From the NCBI RefSeq assembly GCF_009914755.1, contig NC_060947.1: DNA of 64,000 nt; one strand, given 5' to 3'. Positions 1 to 17,150 of the stretch are shown here, piece after piece. Both the position numbers and the translations under genes were made by a program. The stretch's first letter is position 1; every line of letters begins with the position of its first letter. The DNA is from the human T2T-CHM13v2.0 reference genome, Homo sapiens. The notes beneath the pieces were generated by a model, which worked only from the letters and a program-made list of their open reading frames with translations, ran no database searches and was not told where the DNA came from.

Positions 1-59
1 CCATTCTTACTTAAAGTTGGTCATTTCTGAAGCATACCTATATTCAGAGACTTCTCTGA

Positions 60-1170
60 ATCTCTGCCACTGCTGCAATTATTTCTCATTTGGACTACTG
101 CAATAAATCTATCTTGCCTTTTGTTTCTGTTTTTGTCACCATTTCACAGTAGCAAAAAGTCATCTTAAACTTTTCATAAGGTTATATTATCTTACTGCTT
201 AAGATGCTCCAGTGACTTTCCACTGAGTTTGTTCTCATGGCCTACATTACCCTGTATGACCTGATATATGTCAATCTCTCCAACTTTATCTCCTACCTCT
301 CCTCCCTTCACTCTTCTTAAGTCTCATTGGTCTTTTTATTCCTCTAACATACCAAGATCATGACATCCTTTTTCTTGCATTATTTGCTCCTTTTTTTCTG
401 GAATGGTCTTCACTCAATATTCACATGGCTTTTTCTGAACACTTCAGATATCAGCTCAAAAATCACCTTCATGTAGGAACCTTCTTTGACCTTCTATCTG
501 TAATAGTCTTCTGGGACTGAAAATAACAAAATGCCACATATTGGGTGATATGCAGAACAGAAATTTATTTCTCACAGATCTGGAGGCTGGGAAGCTGAAG
601 ACCAAGGTGCCAGCATGGTTGGCTTTTGGTGAAGGTCCTATACTAGTTTGTAGATGGATGGATGCTTTCTTGCCATGTGTTTACATTACCTTTCCTCTGA
701 GTTCACACAAAGAAAGAACAAGAGCAAGTTCTCTTATGTCTCTTGTTACAAGGACTTTTACTCCATTGTACTAAGATTTTTCTCTGATGACTTAATCTAA
801 CCTTAATTACATCCCAAATGTCCTATTTTCAAGTACCATCAAATTGCAGGTTAGGGCTTAAACGCATGAATTTTTTGGGGGACATGAACATTCAGTCCAT
901 AGCATTATCCAAAGTAGCTCTTGGACCACCAGCCCACTCCTTATCACGTTTACCATATGTCATATTATTTATAGCATTTTGCATCACTTCTGATAGAATC
1001 CTGTTACTATATTTGTTTACTTGTTTATTGTCTGTTTCCCTCCACTAGAATGTAAGTTCTGTTAGCACAGGGTCAATGTCTCTTCTTTTTGGTCATTGAT
1101 ATATCCCTAGTGCTGAGAATTGTGCCAAGAACGTGATATGGGCTTAATAAATATTTGTTGAATTAATTAA
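60..1170 (+). mobile_element. L2 LINE 3' portion (ancient), interrupted by an MLT1 LTR
   Basis: Typical L2 3' end: ...ccactagaatgtaagttc...tccctagtgctgagaattgtgcc...aataaatatttgttgaattaattaa (1040-1170). L2-like sequence also lies upstream of the LTR. Confidence 0.75.
499..904 (-). mobile_element. MaLR solo LTR, MLT1A-like
   Basis: TG...CA ends; ctggaggctgggaag..caaggtgccagca motif; ends acattcagtccatagca; 5-bp TSD ctatc/ttatc. Confidence 0.85.
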
Positions 1171-1539
1171 TTGGTTTCAAGCCCCACCTCCATTCATTAC
1201 ATTACTTCCATTATGATGATCATAACTCCACTAAAAGGCTCTGAATATCTTGCAAAGTGGCATTTTGTAGTGTTTAGACCTACTGATGCAAGAGTACCCT
1301 CTGAAGCTTCAATGTCTTATCTGTCTCTCTTATGGTTCCTGTTGTTCTTGAACTTCTAATTATTTGGGAGTTAACTTAATTCTGCTGCACTCCATACCCA
1401 GGCTAGGAGTAGGACACAGACTGTCTCTACTCTTTTTATTCACTACAAGGAGGAGCATATAGTCCCTAACAAGTGGCTTTGTCTTATTTCTTGGGAATAC
1501 AATATGTCTGCAAATCTAAGATGCTGACAATGCCACCTG

Positions 1540-1810
1540 GAAAGAAGAATCAAGTGCTTAATGCAGACAGTAAGGACTGGAGGTGGTTAGAGTTGGACAA
1601 AATCATGAGGTTGTTATAAAAATCTTCCAGGAATGAAGGAGTTTTCAGTTCAGCCTTAAAGGATGATGAAAATTCAGATAAGATAGGAGAAGAAGGGAGG
1701 GGCCTCCACTGGTAGAAATGGGGAAATGACATAAGAAAAGGTCTGGAGGTAGAAGTGGTGATGCATTTACACTTGCTGGGAACATTGTAGCAACCAGCCA
1801 TGTCTAGCAA
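1540..1810 (-). mobile_element. L2 fragment
   Basis: Purine-rich antisense L2-like sequence (cagccttaaaggatgatgaaaattcagata...). Confidence 0.5.
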
Positions 1811-2485
1811 ATCTACTACTCAGAGTTCCATTGACCTCCACAACCAGAGAGCAAGCTCATGGCTATTCCATTGAGTTTTTTCTAACTTGGGGTGGGGGGA
1901 ATAACTGATTAAGAGACAGGAAAGTTTGTTTTATGTTGATATATGTGGTCATTTTCTTTCAGCTTTATGTCAAGGTTTGTAACTTTAAAGGTTCACACAC
2001 CAAGTAACAACAATTCTCAGTGGTATGGTAATCTTGGCTTTGCAGTTAAGTTCAAGGTTAGATGATGGGAGCAGAATGCTCCTAATTTCGACCAACTCCA
2101 CCCAACTCCTCTTTCTCTCCCCGTCAATCTTTTTTTGTTTCACAACATATTTTCTATTTGCTTACTTAACATTCCAAACCAAATGATATTTTATAATTAC
2201 TTAAGAAATCAACTGCTTTATCCAAAGTAGACAAAATCAATTCCTTTAATTGTCCAAGTGGTAATTTTGCCTCCACCGAAAGGTACTGCTTAAATATTTT
2301 TTGAATATGTGGACAGAAATGTAGAATTGTCCTATAATAGTAATGTAGTAGTTGGGTTTTACCTGTACTACATTCTAAAATTCTAAAAAGATAATCCCCT
2401 TGGTCTGAGCCCCAGTTTTAAGGTTCACTTGCATCATATTTATATTATAAATTTGGAAAGACATTTAGAAAAATAGACAACAATA

Positions 2486-2911
2486 TGTCTATTATTGGCT
2501 TCACTCAGGAAAGTATCCAAGAGTGAGCTGACAGTGAAAGAAAGCAAGTTTATTAGACCAACAGTGTACAGCAAGATGGCTTCTCCATACACAGAGCAGG
2601 GCTATGCCATAGGGAGCGTAGCACTTGTGGAGTGCCGGTTAGCTATATTCATACCTACTCCTAATTATATATTAAATAAGGAGAAGGCTATTGACAAATT
2701 TTCTAGAAAAAGGACGGGAATTTCCTGGAACAATATAAGGTAAATTCTGGGTTGTTGTCATGGCATTTGTAAACTGTCATAGTGCCAGTGGGAGTGTCTT
2801 ATGAAAATGTATTATAATTCCTAGTCCTAGCTGGTTTTAGCCAATTTATTTGCTACAACCTGTTTTGATCAGCAGGATCATGAAAACGAGTCTTGTTTAT
2901 CTGCTACCTCA
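2486..2911 (-). mobile_element. ERV1 (MER4-group) solo LTR, MER66-like
   Basis: TG...CA termini; exact 4-bp TSD aata/aata (2482-2485, 2912-2915); motif catggcatttgtaaactgtcat..gtgggagtgtctt. Confidence 0.75.
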
Positions 2912-3654
2912 AATATACAAGCAAACATTTATACATGTATATGTACTTATATCTTTATGCCTCTCCCCCCTTTTTCCTAATATAAATGACAGTACACTCA
3001 CTATACAGGATATCCTATAACCTTTTTTCCATTTATATAGCTTGGAGATTGCTCCACTTCAGTACATAAAGAGGATTCTCATTCATTTTAGCACCTGTCA
3101 ATAAGATGTGTAAAAAATAAATGTAGTTTTAAGTGCAAATTATAATGCATCAGGTAGAGCATCTCTTTATGTTCTTGAGTTATTTGGTTTTCTTATGAAT
3201 CATTAAGATTTTTAACCCCAGAACATAATACAGTAGAACTGCAATAGCACTGGGTTAGTAGTCAAGAGACCTTTCTGAGCACCACCAGTGTATATCTGAG
3301 CAACAGAAAATCTTGGGGGTAAATTTCCCCTAAGGATCTTTAGTTGCTGAGATATTGTAGAAGTCTATGAGGAAGTACTGAGGCAATTATTCAAGGCAAA
3401 GAGAGCAACAGGTGAACAAAATCTTAGAGGAGGAAAAATGCAGATCAATTTCAAGGACCCAAGATGTCCATTTGATAGAAAGGCAAAAATCTATTACCAT
3501 GATGATTCAGCATCATTATAGACTAAACCCAACTTACAGGCAGATATTTTGGATACGTACCCGGAGAGTTTAGGCAACATGCGTAAGAACATTCTGAACC
3601 AAATAACCTTGAAAGTGCCTGTTATAGCTCACCATTACAGAGACATTCACACAC

Positions 3655-4930
3655 TTATAGAATTTCACAATTGAAAGGAGCCTTAAAGGCCCTCTAGTCC
3701 AACTCCCATCCAATATTTGCATCTGCCCTGCAACACTGTGGCAATTATACACACAGCCTTGGCTCACATACCTCTAGTAATGGTGAATTTCTGACTTCAT
3801 ATATTCATCACTCAATTGTCTGTCTTTCAGTAGTGGAAATGTTTCCATTGTGTTAGGCATTAATATATTATCTGCTTATATACTGAACAAATCTCTCTCA
3901 AGACTTCACTATTTCAGGTCCTGTATACTGTGCTAACATTTGTTAAAGAATAGACCCTCAATAGATCTACTTTTAATCCTAGTTCCATAGGGCTGTAGGA
4001 ATTATTTGAAGCACTTTTCATAAACAGCTAATCTGACATTTTAAAAAAACATTCATGTCTCTTGTCTCTCCATACCACCATATCCAAGCTGAAATTCTCC
4101 AGAGCACAGTTGTATTGCTTGGAGCACTCATATTCACTCTCCAACGAACCAGCTCCTGTTTTTCTGTGGTCCAGAACCAAACTCAAAGCACAGCGAGGTG
4201 CAGAGTAAAGAGGAGCTATTACCATTGATTATAGCAACACTCTTTTCCATTAATATAGCCTAAGGAGATATTAGTATACACCTACAAAGGCTAAGAGGAT
4301 ATTAGCATTTTTATGCAACTAAGTTTCCCTTGACCCATAAGAGGCTTTGTTGCCAGCTAAACTCCCAAGGTCGTTTTCACATGAGCATCTTGACTATAAG
4401 CCACATTTTGACCATCTTGTACTTGGGTAGTTGATTTTTTTAGTTGAAGTGCATGATTTTACATTTATTCCTATTAAATTTCATCTTGTAAAAATTGGTC
4501 CATTGTTTCGGTCAAGATCTCTTTGGATCTCAATTTTATCATCCCTTACATTAGTTTCTCCTCCCAACTTTGTATCATATGCAAATTTGATCAGCAAAAC
4601 GTTAGCGTCTTTATCCAAACCATTGGTACAAATTGAGGATAGATTAGACAAGAGTCTAAATTGTGTGCTACTTGACAAATCATCAATTCATCCTCTTTGG
4701 TGTTTCTCACAGGCATAAACATCCACTAAACTGGGCCATTATTCAGTTCAATTGATATTTGAGTTTGCACACTAGCCTGTGACAGCAAAGTTTGTAAAAT
4801 AGTTTCCTAAAACTATGAAGCCCTAAAGTCTTCATCATTCCTATCATTTACCAGTATAGGGACCCTATTAACAAAGAAAATTTAATTGTTTGGGGTTAGG
4901 TTGTTTCTAGTGAAACTGTTGGAATCTCTG
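3655..4930 (-). mobile_element. L3/CR1 LINE fragment with a recognisable reverse-transcriptase remnant
   Basis: ORF 4481-4678(-) reads LLIKFAYDTKLGG...IQRDLDR, matching the CR1 RT motif IKFADDTKLGG...IQxDLDRL. CR1 3'-type sequence at 3655-3800. Confidence 0.8.
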
Positions 4931-4951
4931 GTGATCATTGCTTTTCCAAGT

Positions 4952-5225
4952 GTGATCATCCTGCAGTATTGTAGGGATAATGGTTTCAAGACCCCTGTAG
5001 ATAGGAAAATCTGTGGATGCTCAAGTCCATCATATAAAAGTCCATTATATACAATACATGTAAACACACATTATATATAGTGTTTACATATAACCTATGT
5101 GATTCCACCTGTATAAATAGCATGTAGATTACTTGTAATAACTAACACAATGAAAATGGCATATACATAGTTGCTATACTGTATTTTTTAAATTCTTATT
5201 TTATTGTCATATTGTTATTGTTATT
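4952..5225 (+). mobile_element. MER2 (Tigger family) DNA transposon, left part
   Basis: ...ggtttcaagacccctgtagataggaaaatctgtggatgctcaagtcc...catataacctatg matches the MER2 left end. The right end resumes at about 10460. Confidence 0.8.
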
Positions 5226-8864
<3,639 letters not shown>

Positions 8865-8866
<2 letters not shown>

Positions 8867-10146
8867 ATGAAAAAACCTCCAAGAACATAGAATTATGTGA
8901 AAATACCAAACCTATGTTTAATTGGTGTACTTGAAAGTGATGGGGAGAATGGAACCAAGTTGGAAAACACTCTTCAGGATATTATTCAGGAGAACTTCCC
9001 CAACCTAGCAAGACATGCCAACATTCAATTTCAGGGAATTCAGAGAATATCACAAAGATACTCCTTGAGAAGAGCAACCCCAAGACACATAATCATTAGA
9101 TTCTCCAAGGTTAAAATGAAGGAAAAAATGTTAAGGGCAGCGAGAGAGAAAGGTTGCCTTACCCACAAAGGGAAGCCTATCAGACTAACAGGGGATCTCT
9201 CTGCAGAAACCTCCATTCCAGAAGAGAATGGGGGCCAATATTCAACATTCTTAAAGAATTTTCAAACCAGAATTTCATATCCAGCCCAACTAAGCTTCAT
9301 AATTGAAGGAGAAATAACATCCTTTACAGACAAGCAAAAGCTGAGAGATTGTCAACACTAGGCCTGCCTTACAAGAACTCCTGAAGGAAGCACTAAACAT
9401 AGAAAGGAAAAACTGGTAGCAGCCACTGCAAAAACATATCAAATTGTAAAGACCATTGATACTGTGAAGAAACTCCATCAACTAATGGGCAAAATAACCA
9501 GCTAGCATCACAATGACAGGATCAACTTCACACATAACAATATTAACCTTAAATGTCAGTGGGATAAATGCCCGAATTAAAAGACACAGACAGGCAAGTT
9601 GGATAAAGTGTCAAGACCTATCGGTGTGCTGTATTCAGGTGACCCATCTCACGTGCAAAGACACACATAGGCTCAAAATGAAAGGTGGAGGAATATTTAC
9701 CATTTATCAAAAAAGACAAAGAGGGCATTACATAATGGTAAAGTGATTAATGCAACAAGAAGAGCTAACTATCTTAAATATATGTGCACCCAATACAGGA
9801 GCACCCAGATTCATAAAGCAAGTTCTTAGAGACCTACAAAGAGACTTAGACTCCCCCACAATAATAGTGGGAGACTTTAACACCCCACTGTCCATATTAG
9901 ATGGATCAACAAGACAGAAAATTAACAAGGATATTCACGACTTGAACTCAGCTCTGAACCAAGCGACTTAATAGACATCTGCAGAACTCTCCCCTCACCC
10001 AAATCAACAGAATATACATTCTTCTCAGCACCACATCACACTTATTCTAAAATTGACCACATAATTGTAAGTAAAACACTCCTCAGCAAATGCAAAAGAA
10101 AGGAAATCATAACAGCCTCTCAGACTATAGTGCAATCAAATTAGAA
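8865..10146 (+). mobile_element. Inverted 5' segment of the same L1PA7 (end of ORF1 and ORF2 endonuclease)
   Basis: ORF 8897-9361 is ORF1p C-terminal sequence ([18 protein letters not shown]). ORFs 9513-9971 are the EN domain (MTGSTSHITILTLNV, IVGDFNTPLS). Confidence 0.95.
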
Positions 10147-10149
10147 ATT

Positions 10150-10456
10150 ATATTTATTTTTTATTTATTTATTTTGAGACTGGGTCTTGCTCTGTTGCCT
10201 ACCCTGGAGTGCAGTGGTGCAATCTCAGCTCACTGCAACCTGCGCCTCCTGAGTTCAAGTGATTCTCCAACCTCAGCCTCCTGACTAGCTGGAATTACCA
10301 CTGTGCACCACCACACTCAGCTAATTTTTGTATTTTCAGTGGATATGGGGTTTCACCATGTTTCTCAACCTGGTTTTGAACTCCTGGCTTCAAGCAATTT
10401 GCCTGCCTTGGCTTCCCAAAATGCTGGGATTACAGGCATTAGCCACAATGCCTGGC
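10150..10456 (-). mobile_element. AluJ-like
   Basis: Diverged antisense Alu with J-type ctcctggcttcaagcaat motif and T-rich tail. Confidence 0.85.
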
Positions 10457-10459
10457 CTT

Positions 10460-10553
10460 TATTTTTTATTTTTATTTTTATTTTTTGCAATTATTTTTGA
10501 TCTGCAGCTGGTTGAATCTGAAGTTGCAGAACCCATGCAGGCAGAGACCTGAC
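10460..10553 (+). mobile_element. MER2, right part
   Basis: tttgatctgcagctggttgaatctgaagttgcagaacccatg...ctgact matches the MER2 right end and TIR. Confidence 0.8.
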
Positions 10554-10769
10554 TTACTCAGAAACTATCTGTTCATAATAATTTTTTCTGGAACCTTTTT
10601 CAAGCTCACTAGGCTTCAGCTCCTGGAATTATCATCACTTCCCCATTGGAAAAGAGAAACAACATTTAATGAGCTACACTTCCTCAAAGACGATCAACAG
10701 TGGTGCTATGATTGCTTCTTCAAGTTTGTTGAATGTCACAGTGATGTGTTTTATAAAATTCTATAATAT

Positions 10770-12690
10770 TTGAATTAGAAGGAGCCTTAGAGATTGTCTA
10801 GTTCAAGCTCCATATTTTACAGGAGGGGAAATAGAGTTCCAGAGAGGGAAAATGACTTGTCTTAGACAAGCAAGTTAGAGGCCAAACTTAATTTTTGTTC
10901 AACAGAAAGGTGGGATGGAGAACATGGTAGACATGTTTCCCCAATACCACCATTCTGCTGAGAGACAACACTTCCTGCACAATTTATTCATCACTTCAAG
11001 CAAAGCCTCTCTAAAATTAGGCTTCAGAATATGAAAGATCAGATTGGAATGCAGGCAGGAACTTGGGACAAGCATAGGTCTTCCATAAGTTTCCCCAAAG
11101 TGCAGTGTAGTGGGAAGAGCACTGGACCAAAAGTCAAGAGCCCTGGATTTTAATCCCTCTCTGTAAATCACCTACTGTGTGACATTAAGCAACTCACTTG
11201 CCATCTCTGAGCTCAGTATTCTTATTTCTTTAAGGTCGTTCAGATTCTGCCTCTGCCCATTCACTCAGCAAATATTTATTAAGTACCTACTTTGTTTCAG
11301 ACTCTGTGCTAGGTCATCTCAGCAGAGATGAATTTCTTAAGATGAATTTTAACAGCAAATAGGAAAGGTAAATTTTGATGGATGGAACAAGGATGAGGTA
11401 GGTTGGAAGGAAGCAAAGAAAGGTCTTCTTCATAATAGTTTCCTCTGGGGTAGGTAGGCTTGAATAAAACACACAGTGAAACAGCTACAAGAGTGTCAAA
11501 CAACTCATGAGCCAAGGAAGTCAGAAATGAAGAAGGGACTATAGAGAAAGGGTAAAAGAGAGATCAAGGGGGCCACTTATATTTTCCGTATTTTCAAAGC
11601 CACTGAGCCCAAAATGTGTTGGTCTTTCCAGTTTTTTTTTTTCTATCTTTCCTCCTCCATTCTTCTCCCCTTCCTTTTTTTTCTCTCTTCTCCACTCCCT
11701 CTATCTCAGGTGTCTGAATTTAGCTACCTCCACTGGGTTTCAGATTCGTACTTCTTTGTTAATACCCCACTTGGATTCTTCTGCTCCAGCTTCTCCTCTC
11801 TCCTCTGCCCACCAGAAAACTCAGGAAAATATCAATGCACATTTGTATAAATGCATCAATTTTTTTTCTTCCTCTGCCAGGTAAGGTGCCTAAAAATAGC
11901 TCTGATGACAGAGTAAAAAGTAGGCAGCCAAATGAAAACAGAACGACAGCCTAGGGAGCAGTACATGCCTCAGAAGTGGGCAGCACCAAGGCCCTCTGCA
12001 TACTCTCCTCCTGCACATTCCCTCCACCTTTAGGAGCTAAGGCTGTTTGGCAGGTTTTCTGGTCCAGAATGAATAGAAAAAATTCGTTTTCTACTCTTTC
12101 TGGGTGAGCTGGACAGTGTAGCCTCTGCCATCCATCATATGAATATAGTGTATGACACCTCACAAAGCACCTTTAAATCTGTTATTTAATTTCATTTTTT
12201 CTAATATCTGTCTAGTAGGAGGAAAGTAGAACTTGGATTTTACATTTTTTTCCTCAATGAATAAGTTAAAGCTTAGAGAGGGAAAGGGATTTGTCTAAGA
12301 CCTCACAGCCATGAGTTAGTAGCAGAGAACAAGATCCCTGAGATTGATCTGGTGTTCTTAACTTTATGCTATGCTTCCACTGGCTTTAGAGAAGCTGTGT
12401 ACCCATGTTTTATAACCATAGGACTCCTTTCATTGATAGTGATGGAGTTAAGAATACAGACGCTGTAGCTAGATTGCCAGGGATGATCGCTCATCTCTGC
12501 TGCTTAACAGCTGTATGATTTTAGGCAAGTTACTTAACCTCCCTGTGCTTCTGTTTTCTCATCTGTAAAATGAGGATTAAAAATACCATTTTCTAGAACT
12601 TTTTTGGGGAGAAATTTAAATGAATTAAATGAATTATTGTTTGTAAGACACTGAGAGCAATGCTTGGCTTCTAGTAAGCCTACCCATTGA
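10770..12690. mobile_element. Cluster of MIR SINE fragments (about 10770-10880 -, 11100-11230 +, 12170-12360 -, 12435-12690 +) with unique spacers
   Basis: MIR core motifs, e.g. ggcaagttacttaacctccctgtgcttctgttttctcatctgtaaaatgagg. Confidence 0.7.
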
Positions 12691-14111
12691 GTGCCAACAT
12701 TCCACTCACAAGCCGTCAGAAACAAAATGAACTTTTTTCTTTCTTTTATTTTCCTCATTTGGTTAGTTTATAAATTTGATCCAGTGGACAGCATGGTTTC
12801 ATGCCAAGGACGCTGGGCCTGGAGCTTGGACTTATGAGTTTGAACATTGGTATATTTATCACTTATAAGACAATGAGAGAATTATTTTCCCAATCTAAGT
12901 CTAAATTTTCTGTTCTGTATAATGAGATTTACAATAAAGGCATGTGAGATAGTGTGATTTTGTTTCAGACAACTGCAATAAAGCAAGTCACATGAGTTTT
13001 TTTTGTTTCCCAGTACATAAAAATGTTATGTTTACACTATACTATAGCCTATCAAGTATGCAATAGCATTGTCTAAAAAATGCATATAACTTACTGAAAA
13101 ATAGTTTATTGCTAAAAATGCTAACAATCACCTGAGCTTTCAGAGAGCTGTAATTTTTCTGATGGTGGAGAATCTTGACTCAATATTAGTGGTTGCTGAC
13201 TGATCAGGGTCGTGGTTGCTGAAGGATGGGATGGCTATGGCAATTTCTTAAAATAAGACAGCAATGAAGTTTACTACATTGATTGACTATAAATGTCATG
13301 AAAGATTTATCTGTAGCATGCAATGCTGTTTGATAACATTTTACCCACAGTAGAACTTCTTTCAAAATTGAAGTCAATCATGTCAAACTCTGTCACTTCT
13401 TAATCAACTAAGTTTATGTAATATTCTAAATCCTTTGTTGTCATTCCAACAATGTTTACATCATTCTTCACCAGTTGTAGATTCCATCTCAAGAAATTCC
13501 TTTCTTTGCTCATCTATAAGAAGCAACTCCCCATCTGTTAAAGTTTATTATGACATGGCAGCAATTCAATCACATCTTCAGGTTCCACTTTTAATTCTAA
13601 TTCTCTTGCTATTTCTACCACATCTGCAGTTACTTACTCCACTGAAGTCTTGAACGCCTCAAAGGCATCTATGAGGGTTTGAATCAACTTCTTCCAAATT
13701 CCTCTTAATTTTGATATTTTGAGCTCCTTCCACGAATTACGAATGTTTATAGTAACATCTAGAAAGATAAATTTTTTCCAGAAGGCTTTCTATGTACTTT
13801 GCTCAGACCTCTCAGAGGAATCACTATCTATGGAAGCTATAGCCTTACAAAATGTATTTACTAAACAATGAAACTTGAAAGTCAAAATTATCCTTGATCT
13901 ATGGCTGCAGAATGGATGTTGAGTTAGGAGACATGAAAACAACATTAACTTCCCTGTACTTCTCCATCAGTAATCTTTGGTGACTAGATGTATTGTTACT
14001 GAACTGTAATATTTTGACAGGATCATCTTTTTCTGAGTAGTGGATCTCAACAATGGTCTTAAAATATTCAGTAAACTATGCTGTAAATGGATGTGCTGTC
14101 ATCCAGGCTTT

Positions 14112-15309
<1,198 letters not shown>

Positions 15310-15437
15310 TTATGCAATAGTCAGCCTGTCCTTGGAAGCTTTGAAGTGAGGCCTTGACTTCTCTATAGCTTTGAAAGCCTTAGATTTCTTCTTCTTCCAA
15401 TAGAAGGCTCCTTAGCCTACATTGAAATCTATTTTTT

Positions 15438-16027
15438 AATTAAATACACATGGACACAAAAAAGGGAACAGATACCAGGGGCTACTTGAGAGTAGAGGGT
15501 GGGAGGAGTGTTAGAATGGAAAATCTACCTATTGGTTATTATGCTCATTACCTGGTGATATAGTTTGGCTGTGTCTCCACCCAAATTTTGTCTTGAATTG
15601 TAGCTCCCAAAATCCCCGCGTGTAATGGGAGGGATCTGTTAGGAGGTAATTTAATCATGGGGGCACAATTTTCCCGTGCTGCTCTCAAGATAATGAATAA
15701 GTCTCATGAGAACTGATGGTTTTATAAAGGGCAGTTCCCCTGCACACGCTCTCTTGCCTGCTACCACGTAAGATGTCCCTTTGTTCTTCCTTCATTGTCT
15801 GCCATAATTGTGAGGCCTCCCTGCCCATGTGGTACTGCAAGTCCATTAAAGCTCTTTCCTTTAGAAATTACCCAGTCTCACATATGTCTTTATTAGCAGC
15901 ATGAGAATGAACTCATGGCTAATCAAACAATCTGTACACCATACCACTGTTACAGGCAATTTACTGATGTAACAAACTTTCACGTGTACCCCTCTCCAAA
16001 CCTAAAATAAAAGTTGGAAAGAAAAAT
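15438..16027 (+). mobile_element. Old primate L1 3' UTR fragment (L1PA15/16 or L1PB-like), split by THE1
   Basis: acacatggacacaaaaaagggaac...ctacttgagagtagagggtgggagg...aacctaaaataaaagttgg. Confidence 0.8.
15556..15916 (+). mobile_element. THE1 (MaLR) solo LTR
   Basis: Starts tgatatagtttggctgtgtctccacccaaat; contains ccattaaa poly-A signal and cccagtctc..tctttattagcagcatgagaa end. Confidence 0.92.
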
Positions 16028-17009
16028 AATCTACTCTTTAGTGTAGCTACCTTCATTAATGATCTTAGCTGGATCTTCTGGATAATTTGCTACAGCTTCG
16101 TCATCAGCACTTGGTTCTTCACCTTGCACTTTTATGTTATGACATGGCTTCTCTCCTTAAACCTCATGAAACAATAAACCATATGAACCACATGAAAAGC
16201 TTTCAACTTTTCTTCTGTATCATCCTCACTTCTCTCAGCACTCATAGAATTGAGGAGAGTTAAGGTCTTTCTCTGGATTAGGCTTTGGCTTAAAGGAATG
16301 CTGTGGCTGGCTTAATCTTCTATCCAGAGAACTAAAGCTTTCTGCATCTCAGTAATAAATCTGTTTTGTCTTATTATTATTTGTGTTCACTTGAGTAGCA
16401 CTTTTGATTACATTCAATAACTTTTTATTTGTATTCACAACTTGGCTAACTAGCCAAGAAGCCTAGTTTACAGCCTGTATTGACTTTCATCATGCTGTTT
16501 CTCACTAAGTTTAATAATTACTAGATTTGATCTAAAGTGAGAGACATGAAACTCCTCTTTTCACGTGAACACTTAGAGGACATTGTAGGGTTATTAATTT
16601 GCCAGATTTTATTATTATTGTCTTTCAAGGAATAAGGAGGACCTAAAAGAGGAAGAGAGACAGGGGAACTGCTGGTCAGTGAAATAGTCTGAACACGTAC
16701 AACATTTATTGAGTAAGTGTCCTGTTTTACATGGATGTGGCTGATGGCACTCCCAAAAATTGCAATCGTAAAATCAAAGATCACTGTTCAGAGATTGCCA
16801 TAACAGATATAATAATTTAGAAAGTTCAAAATGTAAGAATTACCAAAATGTGACACAGACATATGAAGTAAGCATATACTGTTGGAAAAATGGCACAAAC
16901 AGACTTGCTTGATGAGGGTTGCCAGAAACCTTCAATTTGTAAAAAATGTGATATCTGGTAAGCACAATAAAATAAAATGCAGTAAAACAGGGCATGCCTG
17001 TAGTGTAGA

Positions 17010-17150
17010 ACATGTCTCATGGGCCAGGGTATAAGCTCCACATAGGTAGGAGTTTTAAACTGTTTTGTTCAGTGATACATTTCTGCACCTGGAAAAGTTT
17101 CTGGCAATGCAGAGTGGGCACTGAATAAATATTTTTAATGGGTGAATAAA
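17010..17150 (+). mobile_element. L2 3' end
   Basis: taagctccac...tgttcagtgat...aataaatatttttaatgggtgaat. Confidence 0.65.
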
